Both the position numbers and the translations under genes were made by a program. The notes under the pieces were generated by a model. The model had not been told where the DNA came from. It did no database searches and saw nothing but the letters and a program-made list of their open reading frames with translations. This document shows, in pieces, positions 40,067 through 50,698 of a DNA stretch of 50,698 nt. Each line of letters opens with the position of its first letter. Position 1 is the stretch's first letter. Source of the DNA: Monosiga brevicollis MX1 (taxonomy: Eukaryota); NCBI RefSeq assembly GCF_000002865.3, contig NW_001865087.1, forward strand, positions 135,049-185,746, read 5' to 3'.

Positions 40067-40853
40067 TCAAGGCCGGGCCAAAGCCTACGCTGCTGCTGCA
40101 AGCACCAAGGTGCGTGCACGGATCCGAGAAAGGCGGGGTGAGCGACGAGCGCGAACAGACACCAAGAAACAGGCATGTGTGTGCGATGGAAGTGGCAACG
40201 CAGTGGAGGTTCCATCACTGGCCACGAGCCAAAACGGCAAACCAGGAAAACATGCCCTCCTCAGACGTATATGGGTCAAGGGAGGGTCATGTCTTGGGGT
40301 CGGGCACCTCACAGACGCCAGCGATACAACGGAGAGAGGCGGCTGTCGAGCCAAAGTCGCGCAGTGATTCGCTCCAGGCCGACACCTCAAGTCAAGAACA
40401 GCGTGAGCTCACCTCGGGCAGACCAAAGCTGGTGTGGGAGCCAGGAGGGCAAGAAGTAGAAGCAGGCCAAGAGCCCAAAGGCAATGCTATTCGGCCAGTG
40501 AGAAGGAGGGAAGGACGAGGGAAACGCACGGCGCGGCAATGGCGGTCCAGGTCCAGGTCCAGGGGGCGGCGGCGGCGGCGGTGGCGGGCACGAGAGTAAA
40601 TGTATATATGCGATCAGGTTGTTGAAGATTTATTCAGTGATGTAGCTTGAGTTTATGCAGAGCGGCACTGAGTTATTGTAGACGGGGGTTGAGGATGAGA
40701 GAAGCAGAACGACCACTGACAGTTGGTAGTTGATGGATGAAAGGTCGAAGCCAGTGACCATGCCCAACCTGCCAGATGTCAGATGTCAGATGTCAGATGA
40801 TTTTGAGACCCGACGAGAGCATGGCACACACACACACTCCTTTTGCACGTGGA

Positions 40854-40960
<107 letters not shown>

Positions 40961-40973
40961 CACTCACCCCCAC

Positions 40974-41341
40974 NNNNNNNNNNNNNNNNNNNNNNNNNNN
41001 NNNNNNNNNNNNNNNNNNNNNNNNNNNNNNNNNNNNNNNNNNNNNNNNNNNNNNNNNNNNNNNNNNNNNNNNNNNNNNNNNNNNNNNNNNNNNNNNNNNN
41101 NNNNNNNNNNNNNNNNNNNNNNNNNNNNNNNNNNNNNNNNNNNNNNNNNNNNNNNNNNNNNNNNNNNNNNNNNNNNNNNNNNNNNNNNNNNNNNNNNNNN
41201 NNNNNNNNNNNNNNNNNNNNNNNNNNNNNNNNNNNNNNNNNNNNNNNNNNNNNNNNNNNNNNNNNNNNNNNNNNNNNNNNNNNNNNNNNNNNNNNNNNNN
41301 NNNNNNNNNNNNNNNNNNNNNNNNNNNNNNNNNNNNNNNNN
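40974..41341. other. Assembly gap, probably containing the RRP12 start
   Basis: N run. Confidence 0.95.
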
Positions 41342-41512
41342 CTGACGTCCCACAGAATGGTGCGCACGTCATCCCAGCCGCCATCCCAGCTGCCATCAGC
41401 AATGATCGCCCTTTGCTCCCCTTTACTCTCCTTTGCTCTACCGTGTGCCATCAATGTCATCCATCCATGGCCTTGACTCGTGGTTGGTTCCCTTGTCAAT
41501 GTTCGCCTCTAG

Positions 41513-44500
41513 CTCACCACTTACTGTTGTCACGCACCAGGCTTGTTGGGAGCTTTTCCATTGGCCGATGACGCCTCGGATGGCTTTCGCGCCGTGCGCC
41601 GCCTTTGGACATCCCGTGACGCTGCCAGCCAGGTACCCCCACTCATGTTCGCCGTGCTGGGTCCAACATTGCCCTTCTCTTGCCCGTCGATGCATCGTCT
41701 CGGCACCTTGAAAACTCACAATCTGCATTTTGCTTTGACTTTGCCAGGAAACCTGTGCCGTTTTTGCTGCCTTGGCCGAAAGCATTCGCGAGCAGAATCT
41801 CGAACCCACCCCAACCGTGTTTTGGGCCAGCATGGTAAGGCACGAGACCTTGACCGACGATTATAACCCAACCCCAGCCCTCCACATGTACACCCAATTG
41901 TTCTTCCCTTGCCCTTCCCGCGTTGTCGCATGCATGGTCACAATGACTCGTCGCGTCCCGGTCTCGACAGATGACCGCCATGGAGCAGGCAGCTGAAACT
42001 GCCACCTCGCCCGATGACCTCGTACCCCTCACCGCATTGGCCGCCCTCATCACCCCAAAGTGCGTACCAATATCATCCCACCCGTCTGTGCGCTCACTGT
42101 ACGCTCACAGACTTGCCTGTCCCCCTCGCCCTCTTTTCACTCCCTCTTGCATCCGCCCACCTTGCATTAGAGTCCCATTGGCTGTTCGCCATAGCCAACT
42201 TGGTCCTGCATGCATCACTCTGAGTGCTTGCACACGGATCCTACTTGCTGCTGACCACAAACCCAGCATCAAATCGGTGTGTCACGTGGGACCCCCCAGA
42301 ACTTGTGAAGCCTTCTCCGTCTTGACCAGTCTTATCTCTTAACCTCACGCTGCCAACCTTTTCAGATGGTGACTGTCGTTCAAGCCATGCTCGAGGCCTG
42401 CTCAACTGACTCTTGGTCACACCCGGGTGTCCTTGAAAGTTTCAATTTCATCCTTCAGCACACCACCGACCTACATGCCAAGGTAGCAACGGGCTGCAAA
42501 TCGCTTTGGCTCTGAACGTCAAATTCATGACCTGTCTCACGTCCTACTTTCCACCAGTTGCGCAAGCACGCACAGGACGCCGTCGAAGCCTTGGCCTGTA
42601 CCGAGGCTGGCATTCCGCGCCCCGCTTTGAAGATTGCTGTGGCTTTTCTTCTCAAGGGTCTACAGGTGCGCTGCTAAAACTTGACAGCTCTCTTTATTTT
42701 CTCTCTTTGTCTCTTGCTTTTTCTCTCGAGCTGGATCGTTTGTGACGTTTCCAGGCTTGGATCGCTGGTCTTACCCTTGTGCTTTCGGATTGCCGTCGTA
42801 TTCATAGAGTGTCAATGAGACCAAGCAACACCTGTATGCTTTGCAACTGTTGGCCCAACTGGCTAAGCACATCCAGCCCACTCAGGCTACAGGTATTGCC
42901 CGTCGTCTCGGCGCACTGCCAGGTGTAATGCCTGTGGCAATCGGCTTATCTGTCAATTTTTTCTAACATGTGCTCTGCTCGTCGTAAAACTTGCTAGCTT
43001 TATGCAAGCGTTTGAAGCAGCTGATTGAGTTTGGCAGCAGTCGCGCTGCTCTGATGGCTGCCGATTCTTATCAGAGTATGTACTTTTTTTGTGCATCCTA
43101 ACGTCCCATGCGTTGATCATATTCATAGTCTCACCGCTTATTCACACACCCCATTCTCCTGTTTGGCAACCATGACGGCAGACGTTTTGATCAACCCAGC
43201 TTGCATGGCCGATGGCACCCTCATGGCCCGGGAATTCCAGGTGCGCCAAATAACCCAGCCCCTTTGCCGTGCCCTTTCAAGTCTGCCATGGATCCTCATT
43301 AGTTCCCTTTTCCCTCTGCAGTCCCTTCTCTCCCTCCTGCCCAAGCGCATTGACCACAACGTTTTGGCCATTCTCGCATCTATCACAGCTCAGGTTGGTA
43401 CTCAGCCTCCTTGTCGAGTTGAGCTGGTCCGATATCCACCTGATCCCTTTCCAACCTACTATAGGTCTTTGCCCACTTGTGCAGTACCAATGCAGAACTC
43501 GCTGTTAGCTCCGGTGCCACATTGGTCAAGCTCCTCGTCAACTTTTTTGCCCTCTCGACAGATGGTGCTATCCGGGCCGCAGCGCAGGCTCTCAAGGTAT
43601 GAGTGCTTTTCATTTATTGATTGATTAATTTTTTTCATTTTTTTATTGATTTATTTTGGGAATAGTACCATGCATCATGTATCCATGTTTTCCACCTTGA
43701 ATGTTGGCTCACGAAGCGCTCGCGTCTGGGTTTTAGAGCATTAGCACAGCCTTTCTGCCACTGTGCGAAGATGCACCCCAAGTTCGCGCGCAATTCTGCG
43801 AGCCCATGCAGGACCTTGTCAAGTTTAAGTTTCGTCAACATTACAACAAAGCACTGCCCGTTTTGGCCCATGTGTTTGAACTCTTGAAGGGCCATGCCGC
43901 TGCGCTTTTTGGCACCACCATCGTCTCTTTGGCTGAGGTTCGCCACAACCTTCAGATGGTCTTGTGTTTTTCTCGCTCTTGTGCGCTCACAGCACGGACC
44001 TTCTTTGCTCAAACCACCCGCAGATGCATGAAACAGATGCCATTGGCTCCAAGGGTGCGTTCGAAGCTGCTCTCAAGACCGCTGCCGATGCAATTGGTCT
44101 GCAAGCATTTTTTACCCTTTTGCCCCTCGACGACCTCTTGTCTCCGGTACGGCCCATCTTGCGTTTTCCCGTTGATCACCTTTGTCTGACATGGGTTGAG
44201 GGGAACTTTTTATTTTTATTTTTTTTTTTTTTTAATATTTTTTAATTTTTCATGCATATCGTGTTCTAGGAACCTAAAACCACTTTCCGCAATGTTTGGC
44301 TCCTGACCCTGGTCAAAGAGGGTATCACCAATGACGAGGTTGGCCCCGTGTTTCGTCTGCCATTGCCCATTGAGCCCAATGTCGCTGTTGCCGCATATGT
44401 TTTTTGCGCGATTCTCATCTTTCCTCTTCAATTCGTGTGTTGCCGTTGGTAGCTCCAATTCTTTGGCCGTATCCTTCTGCCCATGGCTCAAAATTTGCGC

Positions 44501-47069
44501 CGCATCGAAGAAAAGGCTGTCCAACTCAATGAACAAGTCATTGCCAAGACATACAACGGCCTCTACCTTCAGGTATCACCATTTCACTGTCCAGTTGAAC
44601 CAGCGCCACGACACCTTCTGAAAGGAAAAAACCCCCTCTGCGGTCTCTGTTTGGTTTTGGCCGTCCTTCCGTGTCACTTTGCGTATCTCATATGCCCGTG
44701 AGTGGTGCTCTATCCTGTGTCAGATCTGGGAGCTGCTGCCCAGCATCTGCAATGCACCAACGGACACGCCTGCTTCCTTCCCCAAGCTGGCCAAGCTTTT
44801 GGGCGAGCGCCTGACGGAGAGTGAACCCGTTTGCGAGCTCATCGCTTTCTCGCTGTCCCGCCTCATCAAGACAACTGGTGCGTATTTGTATTGCACATGC
44901 AAGTGCATTTTCTCTTTTTAGCGACGTTCAGGCTCGCAATATACTTGCTTCCTTCCTCACCAGCCTTGATGCATTGATGCCCATAATCTAGACGACCTTG
45001 GTCGAAGCAGCATTGGTTTGCCAAGAACTTTTTGCCAATCATGTTCAATGCTTACATGTCAAGTTCCTCCCAGTCTTGCGCTGCGCGTGTACTGGAAGCC
45101 ACTGGCTTGATGCTGGGCATCGCCCCTGAAGCTCTGCGTTCGACCTTCTTCAAGGGTACCGCCAAGAAATTGCTCGAGCAATCCGAAGCCAATGGTGATA
45201 GCACGGTGTGTTTATGTTTTTGGTTTTTCCGACCCCGGGCCTGTTCGTTGGATGCTAGCGTTACTTCTCACTGTGAACGGCGTATCCCTTCTCCCCCGCC
45301 CCTCTCCATGTAAATTCACAGCACAAGCTGATGGAGTTGATCCTCACCTTCGCGCCTCACATCGCTGGGACCGAGCAAGACCTGCTTTATCGTTTGCTCA
45401 AGCCAATGCTCTTGGTGGGTTCGCTGTCTTCTCTCGAGCAACTCTGAGTGACTCAGGCCTCACGTGATCAGATGATTTTGAGCATCTCACCCTCTATCTT
45501 TGAATTTGCATCACTTGTTAGGGGCAAGACGAGGTGCTTCAGAAAAAGTCATATCGTGGCCTCATGCTCTTGGCCGACCGCGAGACCGACGCACAGACTG
45601 TACTGGTAGGATTTGGATCCATCCTTGTCCTGTGGTCAAGGCCCTGCCGTTGTTCACCCAAACAAACAAAAGAGACTCTGTATATGCTTATGCTCTTGCT
45701 CTTGTCCATGCGCCCATTCGTGGATGCAATTGTTTTGAACAGCAACTGCTTGGCGAGGCTCAAACCGTCACCGCACCTTCAACAAAGCTTCCCCGCATCA
45801 AGTGCTTTTGCACCGCTCTCCAACAGGCACCGGTGCGTGTCAACTTTTGGGACGAAGCGGAGACGAACAAGTGGCCATTTTTATAAGGTCTCGAATCGCA
45901 TAACACTCACAATGCAACTTCTTCTAGTTTCCCGTCATGTGCGCTGCTGTTCAAGATGCTTTGCCAGAAATTATTTTGGCTTGCAAGGAGGTCCGTTTCC
46001 ACTAACTTGGCATGAAGCAGCTGTGTGCCACCGGCCCCCAGCATTACGAGATTCTGCAAGCTCATATGCTTTGTGCGACACCCCAGGTCAACGAGAAGAC
46101 ACGCCACGCGGCCTATGACACCCTTACCATGATTGGTTATCGCTTTATTGATGAAGCCACCCCTGAGATGAACCTGCAGACCTACTTTACCATGGTAGTG
46201 GCAGGTCTCGCAGGCCGCTCTCCTCATATGCTCAGTGCGACTGTCCTGGGTCTCTCGCGCCTTGTGTACATGGTACGTCCCCCAGTCTTTAGCATTAAAA
46301 TCTTCCAATGCCAGTATGCAGGGTGGACCGTGCCCGCAGCTGACCCACGCTTGTCAATAGTTTTTCAAGGACCTCGAAAGCGAGTTTGCTCGGGAGGTCA
46401 TCATTGCTTGCCTCAGCCTCCTGGAATCACCAGCGCGAGAAGTTCAAAAGGTACGCGCTCGTTTGGGCTGGGTCCAGCTTCAGTTCTCACTTGGTGACAT
46501 GCTACATATGCTCACTCGGCCATCATGTTCTGCATCTCTAGAGTGCACTGGGATTTGCCAAGATGCTAACGACAGTGTTGAATGCTGAAGATCTGCAGCA
46601 GTACGCCTGCATCCATCGCTCCTTTTGGATCATTAATTGTCGTCGATGCTCACGAACTGCCAATGTGCCTTGATCTGACCGCATACAGGCTGGCGCCGCA
46701 GTTGCTTGAGAGCATTTCGCTTATGAAAGAAGCCGACATGAACCACCTCAAGATGAAGATGCGCGTGCTGTTTGAGCGATTGATTCGCAAGCTTGGGTAC
46801 GGCTTTCTGCCCACTTTGATCCTTGCACCCGACTCTTTAAAAAAAGACTTTGAACTTTTGCTAATCCCCACCGTTTATACTATAGATTTGACCAAGTCGC
46901 AAGCTGCATTCAGCCATCCCAAACCAAGCTGTTGCAGTACGTCCACAAGCAAGCCCAGCGCAAGCAAAAAAGCAAGCCAAAGGTGAGCAAAGCAAAGCCC
47001 GTCTCCTGTCGTGTCTTCTTATGATTTGAATGTATCAAGCTTCTATTGGCATTTGTGCTTGGCTCTTGG

Positions 47070-47116
<47 letters not shown>

Positions 47117-48015
47117 CGCGCGTCTTGAACCGCATGTTCTTGCTACATGCTCATCTACTTTCTCGCCCTTTAGCGTGCTCGTGGCGATGGAGACGACTCG
47201 GATGATGATGGTGATGATGATCTCGACTTCATGCCAACGGCAGCGCCGGCCAAGGTGAGTTGGGAGTCAAACTCAACTAATTCTGCTGGCTCTCCATCCT
47301 TTGACCTTTATGCTTGTTCTACTTTTGTGCCTTAAATATAGGATGACATGGAGGAGGATCAATATGATCTCTTGTCCACGTCAGTGGGCGTCGGCACTTC
47401 TGCTCGCCAAAGCCGCAAGGGTCGGCAGCAGGAAGAAGAGGGTGAGTGTTTGTTTTTGGCTTCTTGGGTGCCAGTGTCATGGCCATGCCTCTAGTTCTCT
47501 CACTCAAAACTTTTCCTGTCTGCTTAGTCGAGGAGAAGGACGGCAAATTTGTTTTCAAGGAGGACGACTCGGGTGATGAAGCCATGTCGGATGACGATGA
47601 CGATGAAGGTGCCAAAAAGGGTGGCAAGGGCATTACTATGGGCACTGGCATCCACCGCGACCGGTATGTCGTGAGCCCTAGGAGTCTTGTTGTTTTCCTT
47701 CTTGCTTCGTTAGTCCATCCACTCACGCTTGCATTGCCCCAGCCGGCCAACAAAAGAGGCAGCCCGCAAGCCCAAGAAGTCAGCTTTGCAGTCGGATGCC
47801 CGCCGCAAAGGCCAAGCCGTGCAGCCATACGCCTATGTGGCGCTGGACCAAAAAATTCTCAACAAGCGGTATGTGCAAATGTTCAAAAGACAATAGTTGA
47901 ATGTGAATGCTTGCGTCTTGACTGATTGCTTTTGATTTTTTATTTTTGATTTTGAATGCTTCGCAGACGGGGCAAGTCCAAGAACGGTCTGAAGGAGGTC
48001 ATGCGGAGGCGTTGA
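41513..48015 (+). CDS. RRP12: RRP12 HEAT-repeat ribosome biogenesis factor (NUC173); 5' end missing, many exons
   Basis: FRAVRRLWTSRDAASQ/ETCAVFAALAESIREQ, WLLTLVK, QIWELLPSIC, FAKNFLPIMFNAY, LQKKSYR, VVAGLAGRSPHMLSATV, KMRVLFERLIRK, DGKFVFKE, QPYAYVALD...LNKR/RGK...RRR*. Confidence 0.92.
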
Positions 48016-48789
48016 TTTTCAATAAACCCCAATCGAAACCTGATGCTTCATTCGACACTTGATGCATTGCAGTGTAGTGGCTGCCTTAGAATTTCAACCT
48101 TGCAACGGCATTGCCTACAACAATGCACATGCACATACACCAAGTCACAGCAGGAAGAATGGAAATGCTCGCACGTGTCATGAGATGAAGTTTTCGACCA
48201 ATCTGTTCAGTTCGACATTGATCTCTTGGGCTCCATCTGGCCAGGCTTGATATTTCCCTAGCCCATACACAACCCCAAGACAGCCAGCCGAATACATACC
48301 AAAGGCAATGCACCCGCGCTTGATTTCATGATGTGCGAAAACGTTGATCACGCCACATCCAGGCATGTCGCAACAATAACTTGCGTCTGTAGGTGCTGGA
48401 TGGGTTTGTCCAACGAGCTGTCGGGATTGAGATAACGGCGGAATACACCCAGCCTTCGTTGGTGACTCGGAGACGCACTCAGCAGGTCTGTAAGATCAGG
48501 TGATGAATTTGTTGGTGTCTTGGGGACAATTGAACCAGCTGCGGTCGGCAAGCTTTCACGGTGATTTGACCAGGTAAAAAAATAACTAGGAAGAAGAGGA
48601 AGATTTTAGGTACACCGTTTGAGTAGAGCAGCACAAAACCAAGGATAGGGAAAAAAAAAAAAAAAAAAGTGCAACTCATGCCCAACCATGATTGCCACAA
48701 CAAGAAGCAACCGCGGTGGTCACTGGAAGCATGCATCTTCACGTGGGCCAACACCGGGGCTTTGGCCTGCACGACTTGGTTGAGCGCGG

Positions 48790-49680
48790 TCAGATGGCAT
48801 AAGTATGCACCCAACGCCACTTTGAAGGTGTCTGCCTGCGCTCGTCGTAGGTGAGCACCGTCCTGGGGTCCCTCTGTGGGGATTCTTGTGTGCATTTGTC
48901 GCTCCCCAGGTGGTTCTCGTTGTGTCTTTTTGATGGCTTGACTTGTATTTCCTTGAAACTTTTTGCTGTATTTTGAGGAGTTGTTTTTGTGATGTATTTT
49001 TGCGTCTGTCATCGGTTGAATTTTCGGGCGCTGTATCTTGTTGTATGTGAGCGTGCCGTGGTGCTCTTTGTGTTCATGCTGTGATGGCTTGTAATTGGGA
49101 TGTTTGACTGCCGTTTGGATGTCTTGTATTTGAAGTGACCATATCCTCGGTCATACCTGGTCGTTTGTCATAATTTTTGTTTCCTAATGCGCGAGGTATT
49201 TTGCGTTTGAACTTTTCTTCATTGTAGCAGACATAATAAGTGTCAGGCTCCAACACGTCTTTGCGGTGTCTGCCTGCGCTCGTCGTAGGTAGGCACCGCC
49301 TCGGGAATCCCTCTGTGGGGATCCCTGTGTGCACCTGTCGCTCCCAGGGTGGTTCCTCGTTGTGTCTTTTGATGGCTTGACTTGTATTTTTGTTTTAATT
49401 TTGCTTTAATTTTTGCTGTATTTTTGCTGAATTTTTGCTGAATTTTTGCTGAATTTTTGTAAGGTCCTTTGTATGATGTCTTTGTCTTCTGTGGTCGGTT
49501 GTTTTCTCAATCCGACATTGTGTCTCGTTGGATGTGAGCGTGCCGTGGTGTTCTTTGTGTTTGTGCTGTGATGGCTTGTACTTGTGATGTATGCCTGCCT
49601 TTTTTGGTGTCTTGTGTTTAAAATGGCCGTATCTCTGGTTATACTTGGTCGTTCTGTACGATTTTTGTTTCTATGTGCGT
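48790..49680. repeat. Two diverged tandem copies of a ~438-bp unit containing hairpins and a T-rich tail
   Basis: GGTGTCTGCCTGCGCTCGTCGTAGGT occurs at 48827 and 49265. Colinear similarity continues (GATGGCTTGACTTGTATTT; TGTGAGCGTGCCGTGGTG; TGCTGTGATGGCTTGTA). Confidence 0.9.
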
Positions 49681-49835
49681 GATTCTTCGCGCTTGTACTC
49701 CTCGGCATGATAGGAGCCGATGAAATTGTCTTGTTCACTTGTGTTGTTCTGCGTGCCGTCGTGATTTTGATCTCGGGGTTGCACAGGTTGGCTTTCAGCT
49801 CTGAGGTTCAAACACCTAATTTATTATTTTTGTTG

Positions 49836-49864
<29 letters not shown>

Positions 49865-49868
<4 letters not shown>

Positions 49869-50698
49869 CAATCTCACCAAGGTCGGTCATGGTAAACTTT
49901 TGCTGCAGGAGAGCCTTGGTCTGATCGAGGATGAGGCTGCTACTGGCAAACATCAGGAGGTCATCGACATAGACGGCGATCCAAATGGCATCGCGGCCAT
50001 TGTTGAGAAAATAAACACATCGGTCCTTGAGGCAGCGAGTAAACTTCATCTCCGTGCACAGCTGGTGGTCGAGCATCTGGTACCAAGCACGTGAAGCTTG
50101 CTTGAGCCCATAGACAGCGCGGTTGAGCTTGCCATGAGTGTAGCCATTGAAGTACTGCTCGAGACCTTTGGGCACGGTGATGTAAATGTCCTCCTCGAGT
50201 GGAGCGTTGAGAAAGGCAGTCTTGACATCCATCTGGTGGATGATGAAGCCATAGTCGACAGCAAGAGCAATGAGGGTACGAATGGTCACCATGTTGGCAG
50301 TGGGCGAGTAGGTTTCATTGTAGTCGATGCCATAGAGCTGCTTGAAACCTTTGGCCACAATGCGTGCCTTGAAGGTGCCGTCATGCTTGCGAGCAAAGAC
50401 AACCCGAAGGTCGAGGGGCTTGATGTGAGCTGGAAGGTGATCTAGTCCTTGGATGACGTTGTGCTCGTGAAAGGAATCAGCCTCCTTCTCAAGGGCACGG
50501 GTCCAGCTGTCAGCATCAGGACTGTGCATGGCTTCCTTGACGGTAGCAGGCAGCTTGTTGTACTTGTCGGTGGAGGTGATGTTGGCGCTGAAATGAGGAT
50601 GGTCAAGGAGAAGAGGGTCAGTGTCGTCGTCGAGGTTATCGGTAACAATAATGGTAGTGGTGGTAGTAGTGGAGGTAGTGGAGTCAGCAGAGTCAGCA
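49865..50698 (-). mobile_element. Ty1/copia LTR retrotransposon pol (RVT_2), truncated at its 3' end by a homopolymer tract; continues beyond the window
   Basis: PATVKEAM...W..A...E, FKARIVAKGFKQ.YGIDY.ETYSP, HQMDVKTAFLN, VYGLKQASRAWY, VYVDDLL, MTDLGE. No RNase H or LTR downstream. Confidence 0.95.

Noticed and set aside
48050..48650. Short - strand ORFs downstream of RRP12
   Set aside because: No recognisable domain and no continuation of copia pol.
49340..49380. TCCTCG as an HDV-like ribozyme loop
   Set aside because: The P1/P2/P3 pseudoknot pairings could not be formed, and the motif differs in the other copy.
48790..49680. The tandem units as the copia LTR pair
   Set aside because: They are adjacent to each other rather than flanking pol, are clearly diverged, and have no evident TG...CA ends or polypurine tract.

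Overview
Compact, intron-rich eukaryotic genomic DNA with short introns, U-rich intronic tracts, GA/TC microsatellites and five assembly gaps. The gene content points to a choanoflagellate such as Monosiga (inference: SH2D4, CREB3-type bZIP and ASH1L alongside bacterial-type glycosidases). Genes were spliced by eye. In order: a small hypothetical gene (-), RPL28 (+), a SPATS2/DUF1387-like coiled-coil gene (+), COPB2 (-), an intronless CREB3/OASIS-type bZIP (+), an ASH1L-like SET-PHD-BAH methyltransferase (-), a tandem CCCH zinc-finger gene (-), a PAN-GH29 alpha-L-fucosidase (-) head-to-head with a GH78 alpha-L-rhamnosidase (+), SH2D4 (-), RRP12 (+), and a truncated Ty1/copia RT (-). Best leads: (1) a ~438-bp tandem unit carrying three hairpins retained in both copies, upstream of a poly(A) run that cuts the copia RT; (2) the divergent fucosidase/rhamnosidase pair; (3) a long hairpin in RPL28 intron 1; (4) animal-type regulators with unusual substitutions or motifs. 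All family assignments come from recalled motifs, not database searches.
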